Virus record (IMG/VR): IMGVR_UViG_3300044878_000059
Span: 1-64,000 of that record
DNA length: 64,000 bases
Reading direction: 5' to 3' (one strand)
From: a virus
Taxonomy: Duplodnaviria > Heunggongvirae > Uroviricota > Caudoviricetes
The notes beneath the pieces are model-generated. The model saw only the letters and a program-made list of their open reading frames with translations. It searched no databases and had not been told where the DNA came from. Within the stretch, counting starts at the first letter, position 1. The number at the start of each line of letters is the position of its first letter. Positions 8,664 to 18,362 of this stretch are shown here, piece by piece. Position numbers and translations under genes: made by a program.

Positions 8664-9013
8664 TTAACCTCTTTGAATTCAACCACGTTCGGGAACCAGC
8701 TCAAGACAGGGGCGATGCGATAGCCGCTGACGCGCAGGTCGTAGGTTTTGCCGACTTTGATATCATTGTAGAAATCAGCCGAGTTCCACTTCCAGTTGAC
8801 GATAGAGTCGGTGTTCTGGAACACGCCCTTGTCGGTATAGAACATGTACTTGCAGGAATCACGCGATTTGCAGCGTTCGCCCTTCTCGCTGATGGTCACC
8901 GAACGGATGTCTTCCTTGATGAACGGCTTGGAAAGACCAGCCAGAATCACCCCGGCGAACACCAACACCAACGCACCACCCAGAACACCACCAAAAGTAA
9001 TTTTCGTTTTCAT
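8660..9013 (-). CDS. membrane-anchored protein (N-terminal TM)
   Basis: N-terminal hydrophobic helix; ATGA overlap with the upstream gene. Confidence 0.4.
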   Translation of the reverse strand: MKTKITFGGVLGGALVLVFAGVILAGLSKPFIKEDIRSVTISEKGERCKSRDSCKYMFYTDKGVFQNTDSIVNWKWNSADFYNDIKVGKTYDLRVSGYRIAPVLSWFPNVVEFKEVK

Positions 9014-9014
9014 A

Positions 9015-9329
9015 TCACCCTACGTTTTCAGTGTAATAGCCGACAATCTGCGTCAAGGAACTGATCGCTTTATTGACCGACTCGGAATCGCCACGATTGG
9101 CTTGTTGCATTGCATCAATCACGTACTCGACGTGCTTGCGTTCTTCGATAGCCATCGGAGTTTTATCAGCCAGAAACGCCAGAATCGAAATGCCAGCCAG
9201 AGCGGCAGAACGGTTCAGAGCATCACTTTGGGCCAGTTCACGAACTGCCGAAGCTTGGACTTTCAGTTTTCCATTGCCGGGAATCTTGGCGACTTCATCC
9301 AGCATCTTGTTTACGTTTTCAGTTGTCAT
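9015..9329 (-). CDS. hypothetical protein (104 aa)
   Basis: AAGGAA SD and a promoter upstream. Confidence 0.45.
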   Translation of the reverse strand: MTTENVNKMLDEVAKIPGNGKLKVQASAVRELAQSDALNRSAALAGISILAFLADKTPMAIEERKHVEYVIDAMQQANRGDSESVNKAISSLTQIVGYYTENVG

Positions 9330-9342
9330 TTGTTTCGTTCCT

Positions 9343-9390
9343 TATGAGTTCAATTCTATAGCAACACACGAACAGAATAAACATTCACTC
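9343..9390 (-). promoter_or_regulatory. phage promoter with GAACAGAA half-site
   Basis: AATGTTTA N17 TATAGA; TTCTGTTCG in the spacer. Confidence 0.5.
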
Positions 9391-9528
9391 GAAATAAACC
9401 TCTGTAAGCGTTTATATGGCGAGCGAAAGCCTACCGCGTATGTTGGGGTGCAGTTTGATATAAACCGGCCCAAAACGGATTCTGGGCGGTTCTAGAGCTA
9501 TGCAGTAAAGGTGTAGGTGATATTTGAG

Positions 9529-10134
9529 TCAGGAAAACTCAAAGAACTCTGACAGGACGCCAGAGTTTGAAGACGTGTCCATGCGATGCAGTACATCCGT
9601 AAGCCCCATACGTTCTAAGATGAACGAGAAAAATTGTTGTTGGTCTTGTTTTAACCATAGGTTAAAGGTGGGAATACCTTTCGCCCGCGCAAGATTAAAC
9701 GCAGTCGCTGTGCCACCTTTGACACTAACTCCGGCTGGTGGTGCATATGCTGCAACAACATCGGTCTTACTTTTCAAATCCAGTCCTAGGATTTGAAAGA
9801 CGTTACGGGTGTGCAACGCTTGGGCATATTCATCTAGATTTTCCCATCTAGGGTGAACTTTGCTTGCGATGTCTTCCGCGTCGAGCCATATATCACCATA
9901 GTCGCTGACGTGGCCGCAAGTAGAATCTTTTGCGATAAAACTAGAAGTTCCCTTGACAACGTAAATTTCCTTTGTATCAAAGCCCAACCACCCATTTTCC
10001 CATGCGGTGTCACATCCAATAGCCCCGCCAGACCGCAGGTTCCAGCCCTGCCGTGCCATTCGTCGGGCAATCTGATACAACATATCAAAACCGCGTTGAC
10101 TGGGATATCTGGTGCCTATCCCGGTCACGATCAT
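9529..10134 (-). CDS. SLOG-family Rossmann protein (DprA/YpsA/LOG-like)
   Basis: MIVTGIGTR...SGGAIGCDTAW...GGTATAFNLARAKGIPTF pattern typical of the DprA/SLOG Rossmann fold; internal Met chosen so the start overlaps the NADAR stop. Confidence 0.5.
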   Translation of the reverse strand: MIVTGIGTRYPSQRGFDMLYQIARRMARQGWNLRSGGAIGCDTAWENGWLGFDTKEIYVVKGTSSFIAKDSTCGHVSDYGDIWLDAEDIASKVHPRWENLDEYAQALHTRNVFQILGLDLKSKTDVVAAYAPPAGVSVKGGTATAFNLARAKGIPTFNLWLKQDQQQFFSFILERMGLTDVLHRMDTSSNSGVLSEFFEFS

Positions 10135-10586
10135 TCGGCGGTGCCTCGATCCCTGAGCCGGGTCAAAATCCCACAAAATTCGCGTTCGGTAAGCACCGTA
10201 TAACTCTGATCACGCGACCCGATAGTATGGGTCAGGGTCATACCCTTAGTTGCGTCCAGTGCTGCCCGAAATTTGACGTTCTCGTACAAGCTGCAATAAG
10301 CACGCCATAAAAGGTTCCTGTATTCCGGTGAATGTCTGCCTATAGGGCAACCCTTCCACCACAGTGTTTGAGCTTGACGCCAAGCCTTGTTTCGTGCTTT
10401 GCCTCTGAACTTCGCAGCCTTGCCGATCAACTTGCAGACTTCAACTTGAATATGGGGCTTGTCAAACTTGAAAGACTGTAGTAGCCCTTCCATTGACGCA
10501 CATTCAATTCCATCAAACGTAAACCCGTGACCAGCAAAGTTGGAAAGGGCTGAACTAGGCCAGCCGTTCCCACCTTGGATATTCAT
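10131..10586 (-). CDS. NADAR (YbiA-like) domain protein
   Basis: SNFAGHGFTFDGIECASMEGLLQSFKF matches the YbiA/NADAR core SNF...DG...SxEhxxQxxKF. Confidence 0.55.
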   Translation of the reverse strand: MNIQGGNGWPSSALSNFAGHGFTFDGIECASMEGLLQSFKFDKPHIQVEVCKLIGKAAKFRGKARNKAWRQAQTLWWKGCPIGRHSPEYRNLLWRAYCSLYENVKFRAALDATKGMTLTHTIGSRDQSYTVLTEREFCGILTRLRDRGTAE

Positions 10587-10858
10587 TGTGCGTCGATCTG
10601 CGCTTTGATTATATCAATCAGGTCATCGGGATCAGTGCAACCACCCTTCATATCATCCAACATCTGATGCAGTTTGATAGGGTTTATCAACTGAATGACC
10701 ACGTTTTCTGTTTGATCAGCGAATTGCGAACCTTTCTGACGGCAGTAGGAATATCTGGTTTTCGCATTCCGTTCTGTTGAAACGACTTCACACCACTCGG
10801 CTAACTTACCGGTTTCTTTGTTGGCGACGATGAAGGCTTGTTCTTTTATTCTGTTCAT
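10583..10858 (-). CDS. hypothetical protein (91 aa)
   Basis: ORF coupled to the NADAR gene. Confidence 0.4.
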   Translation of the reverse strand: MNRIKEQAFIVANKETGKLAEWCEVVSTERNAKTRYSYCRQKGSQFADQTENVVIQLINPIKLHQMLDDMKGGCTDPDDLIDIIKAQIDAQ

Positions 10859-10874
10859 GCTTTATCCTTGGCAA

Positions 10875-10910
10875 TAAAAAACCCGACCAGAAGGCCGGGT
10901 TTTTCGTTTT
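10875..10910. terminator. rho-independent terminator after the SPFH gene
   Basis: AAAAAA CCCGACCAGAAGGCCGGG TTTTTCGTTTT. Confidence 0.6.
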
Positions 10911-10915
10911 GTTTG

Positions 10916-12265
10916 TTACTTGGTAACGGACATGTCCAGCATCAGGTCTTTTGCAGCTTTGATACCCATCATGTTCAACATGTTGGTTACTTCGCTTTGA
11001 CGACCGCCAGCTTCACCGGCACTACCCATCACGATCTGTGGAACTTTGGCGTGTTCGATTGCGTTAGCCATAACTTTCTGGCCTTCCAACCAAGTGTTCA
11101 GCTTCTGAGTCAAAGCACCGTCCGCCATGATTACCGCTTTCTTGGCATACGCCTCGGCTTCGGCTTTCTCTTTGGTGGTCTTGGCATCGATCAGAGCCTG
11201 TTCGTAACGAACTTGAGAAGTTTGTTTCTCAATTTCCGCTTGTTCCTTCTGACGGTTGGCATTGGTTACAGCCAGACGACGTTCGGTTTCAGCGTTGGTG
11301 GTACGTTCGGCTTGGTCACGCAAAACAAACTGACGTTTGATTTCGGTTTCCATTTCACCTTTCGAGGTAGCCAGTTTCTTTTGTTCGTCGGCAGTCTGAC
11401 GACCTTGGCGAGCAATAGACAGGTCAGCTTGCGACTGTTGTACAGCTTTCATGCGCTCTTTGAACTGAGTCGAAGGATCGATGTTCACGATGTTCGCATC
11501 AGCTACGGTCACACCCAGTTTCGAGAACTGACGTTCCAGACGTACTGGCAGACCAGTTTTTGGATCAATGACCTTTTCAGTGGTCACAACGGTAGTGGTA
11601 TCACCGCCGTATTCGCCTTGGTCTTTACCGTCCTGAGCAACAGCACCAGCGGTTGCAGGGCGGGTGTTCTTCACTTGAGTTTCAACACGTTTTACAACGT
11701 ATGGGCCGTCAGTGATTTGGTCTTGGAAGCTTTGACGGAAACCAGTCGCGCCGCCGTTGTAGTAATCGTCAGCCGACATCAACTGTGCAGTCGATTGCAG
11801 CGTGGATTTCATGACGGGCATGATCGATTGCAGAACAAAGTTGTCCGGTGTACGGTAAGTACGGGCCAGTTGCAGGAAGGTTTCGCCACCCGGCAGAGCC
11901 ACACGAACGTTCGCATCAACGGTAGCAACAACACCACCGAGGAAGGTTACCGGGAAGGCTGGAATCAAACTCGAACCCAGACCGTCGAAGTCGCCTTTTG
12001 GCAGAGTCGAAACGTCTTGAACAGATTGCACAGACATTTGACGCGGCCATGGAACGTAGTTACCGAAACCGATCCATGTATAGCCGGTGGTTTCAACCAC
12101 CTTTTCACCTTGGAACGGGAACTTGGTCGTTACTTGCGTGATGTAACCGGCGTTGTTGTAGTAGAACATTTGGCTGAACATCAACCAAGAGAACAACAGT
12201 GCGATCACCGCACCAATACCAGTTACAGCCAGCTTGTTTTGTTTCAGATTGTCAATAACGGACAT
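10916..12265 (-). CDS. SPFH/band-7-like membrane protein with long coiled-coil
   Basis: N-terminal TM helix, SPFH-like core, extended charged coiled-coil (QADLSIARQGRQTADEQKKL...). Confidence 0.45.
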   Translation of the reverse strand: MSVIDNLKQNKLAVTGIGAVIALLFSWLMFSQMFYYNNAGYITQVTTKFPFQGEKVVETTGYTWIGFGNYVPWPRQMSVQSVQDVSTLPKGDFDGLGSSLIPAFPVTFLGGVVATVDANVRVALPGGETFLQLARTYRTPDNFVLQSIMPVMKSTLQSTAQLMSADDYYNGGATGFRQSFQDQITDGPYVVKRVETQVKNTRPATAGAVAQDGKDQGEYGGDTTTVVTTEKVIDPKTGLPVRLERQFSKLGVTVADANIVNIDPSTQFKERMKAVQQSQADLSIARQGRQTADEQKKLATSKGEMETEIKRQFVLRDQAERTTNAETERRLAVTNANRQKEQAEIEKQTSQVRYEQALIDAKTTKEKAEAEAYAKKAVIMADGALTQKLNTWLEGQKVMANAIEHAKVPQIVMGSAGEAGGRQSEVTNMLNMMGIKAAKDLMLDMSVTK

Positions 12266-12449
12266 CTAACTTCCTTTTCATTATATGGGGCGTTACCGCC
12301 GTCGCTTTGTTACTGAACACATCATACCGCAGATTGTGTTCGTGTTAAACAGTTTTGTTTCATTTGTTTCTGTTTCAAGCTTGTTGCCGCTTGATGTGAC
12401 GAATTCTACGGAATAGAACAGAACTCGTCAACACCTATTTTCAATCTTT

Positions 12450-12680
12450 TTACGCGACCCAGAACAGCGCACCTTCCAGCTTGACTTGCACGATGTCACG
12501 CACGTAGTCAGCAACAGAACTGGCTTCGTTTGATGCAAACAGTTTGTTGACCACGATGTTCAACACCCCGTTCATATCCCACTGGGTAGGGATCACGCCA
12601 CTTTCCCACACGTTGTACATGTGCGGGTCAACCTGAGACACAGCAAAGCGGAAAAACTCATTCTCTGATACTTCACGCAT
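12450..12680 (-). CDS. hypothetical small protein (77 aa, internal start)
   Basis: the ORF N-terminus is an out-of-frame overlap with the MPE gene; Met71 start overlaps the MPE stop. Confidence 0.35.
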   Translation of the reverse strand: MREVSENEFFRFAVSQVDPHMYNVWESGVIPTQWDMNGVLNIVVNKLFASNEASSVADYVRDIVQVKLEGALFWVA

Positions 12681-13470
12681 CGTAATAACTCCGGTCAAGG
12701 AAGGCCACATCTTCGCCTGCATAACCATACGGGTTACAGATGACGTTGGTACAGCCAATGATATAATCGCTTGGGTGATGGATATGACCATGCAGCCAAT
12801 GACTAATCTGTGGGTGCATATGAATGAAATCATCCAAATCACTGTGGTAGCCGTGGTTCCCGTCGATATCCCACGCAAACGCCGGGTCAAGGCTTTGTGC
12901 GCTTGGTGCGTGGTGGGTTACGACGATACACGGTTCATCGGAGGCTTCGACGGTTTCCGCGATGTACGAAAGGTCAGCCTTGTGTTCCATGATCCAGTGA
13001 TGCGGTTTGAACTTCTGATAGTTCTGTCTGGTTTGATGGTAATAGGTGATTGCCTTGAAATCGTTCATCACTTGACCAAGGTGGAATTCCACCAATGGAT
13101 TTTGACGATGCATGTTCGTCCAGAGCGTTGCCCCGACGAATCGAATTCCATCAATCACCACAGAGTCACGAATCAGGAAGTGAATGTTGGTCAGACCTTC
13201 CGGGTTCATGGTTTCAAACTTCTTGCGTGCAGCATCTGGATCGATTCGATAACCGTAGTATTCGTGGTTACCGGGAACGTACACAACTGCTTTGAAGCGT
13301 TTTGCCATTGCTGTTAAGGCACTGGCGGATTTCGCGGCCCGTTTGAGCATCGTGAAATCCCCGGCGATGACCAGCACACGGTTTTCATCACCACCCAGAT
13401 ACGGCAAGGTATATTGGGTTGTTTCGTGATAGAACTCGTTGTGGACATCGGATATCAATCTGAATTCCAT
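12673..13470 (-). CDS. calcineurin-like metallophosphoesterase
   Basis: DVHNEF...GDF...GNHE motifs. Confidence 0.6.
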   Translation of the reverse strand: MEFRLISDVHNEFYHETTQYTLPYLGGDENRVLVIAGDFTMLKRAAKSASALTAMAKRFKAVVYVPGNHEYYGYRIDPDAARKKFETMNPEGLTNIHFLIRDSVVIDGIRFVGATLWTNMHRQNPLVEFHLGQVMNDFKAITYYHQTRQNYQKFKPHHWIMEHKADLSYIAETVEASDEPCIVVTHHAPSAQSLDPAFAWDIDGNHGYHSDLDDFIHMHPQISHWLHGHIHHPSDYIIGCTNVICNPYGYAGEDVAFLDRSYYDA

Positions 13471-13504
13471 GTTTGTATCTTACCCTATTCTGTTTGTCCA
13501 ATAA

Positions 13505-13535
13505 ACAAAAAACCCGCCGTAGCGGGTTTTCTTTG
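13505..13535. terminator. bidirectional terminator after nadV
   Basis: AAAAAA CCCGCCGTAGCGGG TTTTCTTT. Confidence 0.65.
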
Positions 13536-13544
13536 TATCAAACG

Positions 13545-15014
13545 TTAGACAACTTTGATGTCGTCGAACGTCCATTCGGTCAGGAATTCGCCGTCTTCCC
13601 AGACGGTGTACATCTGATCAACGATCTTGTGATTGGTCAGTTGCAGTTCTTCACGATCAGAGAAGAATTTCCCGTCCTGATCTTTGAAGGTTACCACGCG
13701 ACCTTTCTTGGAACGTTTCACCGAATCGGTGTCCGGGTCTTTGAACAGATCACGCCATTCGCCGTTTACGCAGAGCGCAGACGCTTTCATAGCGAACTTG
13801 AACCAGTCACGATCACAGTGTTGCAGCAAAGCACCACCCATACCGAACACGATGTTATCGGCAGAGTATTCCAGTGCGAACATGTTGGCATAGATACCAC
13901 GAACAGAAGCTTCGTTGATACCGTCACCTTGCAGCACGCGGATGCAGCTTGGCAGAACCTTGTAACCTTTGCTGTTGACAGTGTAGCCGAAGCCTTCCAT
14001 CAGAATACCGATGATCTTCACCGGGATTTCCAGAGGATTCCCAGAGTCCGGGCGTACTACGAAAGTACCACCAGAATTCATCACGCGGGTCTTGATCGGA
14101 TCGCTGGCAACCCAACGTGCGAAACGTTCGATGCTGTAGGTATCACCCACACATGCAACGATACCGCCGTGTTTTTCCAGCAACTGAACGGCCATTTCCA
14201 GAGCGTCAGAGTCATCGCGGTTGTCGGCATCGGAGTTTGCGCAAACAACAGAGTGTTCAGTCGCACGCACCGAGTAGGCAGGCATTTGGCCTTTCTTCAA
14301 GCCGTAGTATTCTTTCAGTTCGATGATGCCCTGAATTGTATCAGTGCCCATCCAACCGGCTGCGAGGTGTGCAGCACCGCCGATACGGGCGGATTCGTTG
14401 CTCGACACGCCACGGAAGCCGAAGTCGTGCAGTTTGAAGCGACTTTCAACGCCGTCATCGACGGTCAGTTCGAAAGCTTGCTGAACCACTTTGCGGATGC
14501 TGTACGAAACAGAAGCCACGGTGGTTGGATACCAGACTTGCAGGAACAGAGGTTCGAAGTACGAAACCAGCCATGCGAAATCCGGGTGGGTGTTTTCCAC
14601 GGTCATCATGACGTTACCGGTTGGAACAATAGTTCCTTCCTTCAACGCACGAATACGCAGCGGCAGACGACCTTTGAACTTGGTGACGATGGTTTCCCAA
14701 CCTTTACGGTTGAAGACACCCGGCCCCATGTGCAGTTCGACCAGTTCTTCGGCTTCGTCCACATCCTTCATGGTCAGACGACCAGAGAAGTGACGTTTCA
14801 GAATGGCTTGCAGGCCGATGAAAACCGTTTCGGTGTAGCCTTGATTCACACCACGAACAACCCACTGATCGGAACCACGCGATTCCACGTAGGAATACAG
14901 GTAGTTGGCACCAGCCGGGAGCATTTCCCAGTGTGGGATTTTGTACGAATCCGTTTTCAGGATCATGTTGTTCGGGTTGAATTCTACTTTGTTCATATCA
15001 AACATTGCGCCCAT
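13545..15014 (-). CDS. nadV: nicotinamide phosphoribosyltransferase (NAMPT)
   Basis: 489 aa, full-length similarity to NAMPT/NadV (phage KVP40-type). Confidence 0.85.
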   Translation of the reverse strand: MGAMFDMNKVEFNPNNMILKTDSYKIPHWEMLPAGANYLYSYVESRGSDQWVVRGVNQGYTETVFIGLQAILKRHFSGRLTMKDVDEAEELVELHMGPGVFNRKGWETIVTKFKGRLPLRIRALKEGTIVPTGNVMMTVENTHPDFAWLVSYFEPLFLQVWYPTTVASVSYSIRKVVQQAFELTVDDGVESRFKLHDFGFRGVSSNESARIGGAAHLAAGWMGTDTIQGIIELKEYYGLKKGQMPAYSVRATEHSVVCANSDADNRDDSDALEMAVQLLEKHGGIVACVGDTYSIERFARWVASDPIKTRVMNSGGTFVVRPDSGNPLEIPVKIIGILMEGFGYTVNSKGYKVLPSCIRVLQGDGINEASVRGIYANMFALEYSADNIVFGMGGALLQHCDRDWFKFAMKASALCVNGEWRDLFKDPDTDSVKRSKKGRVVTFKDQDGKFFSDREELQLTNHKIVDQMYTVWEDGEFLTEWTFDDIKVV

Positions 15015-15040
15015 CTTTTTGAACTCCTCAAAAATTGAAT

Positions 15041-16105
15041 TTAGTTGCGTGCAGCGGAACGACCAATCATGGTCATAATGATACTGTGATGATCCTCGAA
15101 GAACTCAGTTGCCTTTTCAGGCTTCGTGATGTCCGCGATTGGAACCCAGAACGCTTTATCGGCGTCGTCGGAACCGTAGACCCGTGGCAAACTACCGTCG
15201 TGATTTGTATCAATCTTGAAGGTGTGTGCAAAGGTCATCAGGCGACCACGCAGGGAACGTTTTGGATTATCAAACAGTTTCATGTCGATAATCGATTTGC
15301 GAAGCACCTTTTCAGGTACATGCAGTTTTGTTTCTTCGAACAGTTCGCGGATTGCTCCATCGAATACTGTTTCATCCGTCTGGACGAACCCACCGGGGAG
15401 AGCCAGTTGCCCTTTGCCGGGGATGTTCTTACGACGGATCAACAGAATGTGGCTTTTGCACAGAACAACAGCATCGGCGGTCACATCGTTGATTGGGTAT
15501 TTCTTGCGGCGGTTTTCCGGGTACGACTTGTGAAAGCGATACTCGGCCATGATGTTACGGAACAGTTCAGTACCAATGTACTTGGTATTGATATATTCCC
15601 AAACCATGTACGGCATCATGCTTCCGGCTTCTTCAAACTTGCCATCGAACATAAGTTCGCGGATTTTGGTTGCTGCCATTTCATCGTCGCCGTGCATCTT
15701 CGCACCGGTTTCAACGAAATCCCACGTAGGGAACAGGTCGAGATAGAAACTCGATTCGTCTTTCTTGTGTCCGACGATAGCGATTTTCTTGGTGCTGCAC
15801 ATGTCGTTATGACGATCCGCAGCATTCATGACCGCCGCTGCCCACAGTTCGTTGGACGGCATGTCGTTCATGAATTCCCATGTGATGTTCTTCGGCTCTG
15901 TCAACCCGTTGGTCGCATGGTACAGCATTTGTTCGCGTTGATCGTTGGTGAACGGATTGCGTTCGTCGCGTGGTGCGTTGGCACTACCGAAAAGCACCAG
16001 AACATGGTCTGCAATGCTTGCGGCGTGTTTGATATTTTCCAAATGGGCATCGTGCAACGGTGCCATCCGACCAATGAATACAGCGAGTTGATATTTCTTT
16101 GACAC
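15041..16105 (-). CDS. natV: bifunctional NMN adenylyltransferase / Nudix ADP-ribose pyrophosphatase
   Basis: N-terminal HxxH nucleotidyltransferase (GRMAPLHDAHL) and C-terminal Nudix box (GAIRELFEETKLHV). Confidence 0.85.
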   Translation of the reverse strand: MSKKYQLAVFIGRMAPLHDAHLENIKHAASIADHVLVLFGSANAPRDERNPFTNDQREQMLYHATNGLTEPKNITWEFMNDMPSNELWAAAVMNAADRHNDMCSTKKIAIVGHKKDESSFYLDLFPTWDFVETGAKMHGDDEMAATKIRELMFDGKFEEAGSMMPYMVWEYINTKYIGTELFRNIMAEYRFHKSYPENRRKKYPINDVTADAVVLCKSHILLIRRKNIPGKGQLALPGGFVQTDETVFDGAIRELFEETKLHVPEKVLRKSIIDMKLFDNPKRSLRGRLMTFAHTFKIDTNHDGSLPRVYGSDDADKAFWVPIADITKPEKATEFFEDHHSIIMTMIGRSAARN

Positions 16106-16132
16106 CTTGAACCCCTCAAATTTGTGTCGAGT

Positions 16133-16172
16133 ATTAAAACAGAACCTCTAACAGAATGCAAGAGGTTCTGTT
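16133..16172 (-). terminator. hairpin with 10-bp stem (CAGAACCTCT/AGAGGTTCTG) after the lysozyme gene
   Basis: stem carries the GAACAGAAC-type repeat; TTTTA follows on the minus strand. Confidence 0.4.
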
Positions 16173-16176
16173 CGAT

Positions 16177-16662
16177 TTATTCTGCCGCTCGAATCAACCA
16201 GCCTCTAAGGAAGACAGCTTTCTTCGGATCGGCTGTTACCAGACCCTTATAATACTCTGCCTGAACCGCACGATAAACATTCAATAGAACATTATTGTCC
16301 AGATCGTTGATCAGCGACAGGGTTTTAGGCCCAATCACACCGTCTACAACAACGTTTTCGTCCATTTGGTTCAATGCGGTTTGCACGAACTTAAACGCAC
16401 GTTTGCTGCCGACGTTGACAGATGTATCAAACAGTTTGGTTGCGAACGCATCGTTTGCGATTTTATCAAACGGATACGGTTGCCAGAAATCAGTCAGGTA
16501 AATCTGTTTCGCCTGAGCGATGGTCAGATTCTTGATATCGACGTTCGGGTACGAACGCTTGCTGATTCCATACTTCGTTTCGCCACCCGGATCAACAGGG
16601 TTATTGACATAACCACCTTCGTGAGCCAAGACGACTTCAATTGCTTTTTCAAAATTTGACAT
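16177..16662 (-). CDS. GH108-family lysozyme-like protein
   Basis: N-terminus EVVLAHEGGYVNNPVDPGGETKYGI is the GH108 signature. Confidence 0.6.
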   Translation of the reverse strand: MSNFEKAIEVVLAHEGGYVNNPVDPGGETKYGISKRSYPNVDIKNLTIAQAKQIYLTDFWQPYPFDKIANDAFATKLFDTSVNVGSKRAFKFVQTALNQMDENVVVDGVIGPKTLSLINDLDNNVLLNVYRAVQAEYYKGLVTADPKKAVFLRGWLIRAAE

Positions 16663-16699
16663 TGGTTTGTGTCCTCCACCCCTATTTACGGGCGGAAGA

Positions 16700-16960
16700 T
16701 CACTTGCAAAACAGTTCGAACAGAGCCGGTTTGATTAAATTTTGTTCATGATGCTCGAACCAACCCATGGGCGGTTTGTCTGCATGAATCAACAAACAGA
16801 ACGGAAGGTCATCGGGTGTCCAATACATCATGGCGTAACCGTGATATCCGAAGCCAATGCCAGAGTATCTGGTTACGTCCATGAGATATTTGGTAACGAA
16901 AGACCCCCGCCGTTCCTCGACAGGGGTATAGATCATGCTGCGTCGATCAGGTTCAACCAC
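16700..16960 (-). CDS. hypothetical protein (86 aa)
   Basis: ORF. Confidence 0.35.
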   Translation of the reverse strand: MVEPDRRSMIYTPVEERRGSFVTKYLMDVTRYSGIGFGYHGYAMMYWTPDDLPFCLLIHADKPPMGWFEHHEQNLIKPALFELFCK

Positions 16961-17988
16961 TGACCACGGATGGTCAACGCGGTGTGGGCACCGACACGCT
17001 TAGCCAGCAACGACCAGTTTTCATCTTCGGTCAGCTTGTAGCCTTCGTCTTTCTCGAAGTCTTCCAGAGCATCACGGGTCAGATCACCTTGCAAACGCCC
17101 GAAGTCCTTCTGGGTGATTGTGCCGATCTTTGATACAACCGCGTTCAGACGGTTGGTGTTGATGTACGAACAGATTTTGTCCAGCTTGGCTTGGGTTTCT
17201 TCGTCCAGAGTCGCAGCCGTCTTGATCTTGACTTCCTGTTCTTTCTCGTTGAACAGCTTGTTCTTCTGTTTCAGGATCACACGTTCGCCGTTGTCGGTAC
17301 GGTAATCGTCGGTGTAACCACGGATCACAAAGCCTTCGCCGTAGTCAGCTTCGGTACGGGTATGATTTTCATCAATCCCGAAGGCCGCTGGAACCTTGGT
17401 GTAGATCAACGGATCGATTTTGATCAGTTCTTCCAGCGTGCCGATGGCGATAACCGGTGCGGTTTTCAGATGACGGTTGCTGTTCGGTTCCATGAAGTTC
17501 GCGTCTTCCAACAGTTCTTGGATGTCAGCAAACGGAATGTAGCGAGCAACGCCGGTATCGAATTCCAGACGGATATCAAACACCATGAATTCGTTATCAG
17601 GGTGGTAGTTCATGCCGGACTGAACCTGCTTGGCACCAGTGTTGGTGACGCCTTGGTAACGACCACCGAAGATTTCACCGTAGACCGTCATCAGTTTCAG
17701 GGACGGGAACGAATCTTTGACCATTTCATAAATGGTACGGATGGTTGGTTCGTAACGGCTGTAGAAGCGGGTGTGGCCGTAGAACGTTTCGAGTTCGCTG
17801 ATCAGACCAGAACGTTTTGCAACGCGGGTCTTGCTGTCATCCATCACGAACGCGAAGTTAGCACCATGGATTTTTTCCACGGCGACAAGCACGTTGTTGC
17901 CAACTGCGAACGCGCATTTGTCCAAGAACGCTTGACGGTAAGAGTTCTCGATGGAGTTGTATTTGGTAAAAACGATTTTGTCGCTCAC
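16933..17988 (-). CDS. rnlB: RNA ligase 2 (T4 RnlB-like)
   Basis: KIHGANF motif I (KxHG); colinear with T4 Rnl2. Confidence 0.8.
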   Translation of the reverse strand: MSDKIVFTKYNSIENSYRQAFLDKCAFAVGNNVLVAVEKIHGANFAFVMDDSKTRVAKRSGLISELETFYGHTRFYSRYEPTIRTIYEMVKDSFPSLKLMTVYGEIFGGRYQGVTNTGAKQVQSGMNYHPDNEFMVFDIRLEFDTGVARYIPFADIQELLEDANFMEPNSNRHLKTAPVIAIGTLEELIKIDPLIYTKVPAAFGIDENHTRTEADYGEGFVIRGYTDDYRTDNGERVILKQKNKLFNEKEQEVKIKTAATLDEETQAKLDKICSYINTNRLNAVVSKIGTITQKDFGRLQGDLTRDALEDFEKDEGYKLTEDENWSLLAKRVGAHTALTIRGQWLNLIDAA

Positions 17989-17993
17989 GAATT

Positions 17994-18362
17994 TTATTCC
18001 TCGGTTGGTTCACCGTCCGGGTTCATTCCCCGAGCGGCCTTTTTGATTGATTTCACTTTGTCTAGCAGAATCGATATTTGAAGTTTGGTTAAAGGGATTG
18101 ATCCATCACCTTGCATCAGTGTTGAATCAATCATCCCTTTCAAACGGAATTCGGCAGGTTTAGGCGCACGCTCCCCGTTCACAAACATACGAACATCAAT
18201 GAATGCGATTTCCAGTCGAGAATTCCACAACATCTTCAAGTAATCATGAATGATATCGAAGTAGACTGTGGGTTCATCTTGGTAATACCTGCTAGTTTCA
18301 GCACGGACAAATACTGAATGAACTAATCTGACCGTGCTGAAAACGCACCTGATTTCTCTCAC
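17994..18362 (-). CDS. hypothetical protein (122 aa)
   Basis: ORF. Confidence 0.4.
   Translation of the reverse strand: MREIRCVFSTVRLVHSVFVRAETSRYYQDEPTVYFDIIHDYLKMLWNSRLEIAFIDVRMFVNGERAPKPAEFRLKGMIDSTLMQGDGSIPLTKLQISILLDKVKSIKKAARGMNPDGEPTEE

Noticed and set aside
10838-12316. 492-aa plus-strand ORF
   Set aside because: Antisense shadow of the SPFH gene; repetitive F/L/G-rich translation.
13473-15038. 521-aa plus-strand ORF
   Set aside because: Antisense to nadV, which has unambiguous NAMPT similarity.
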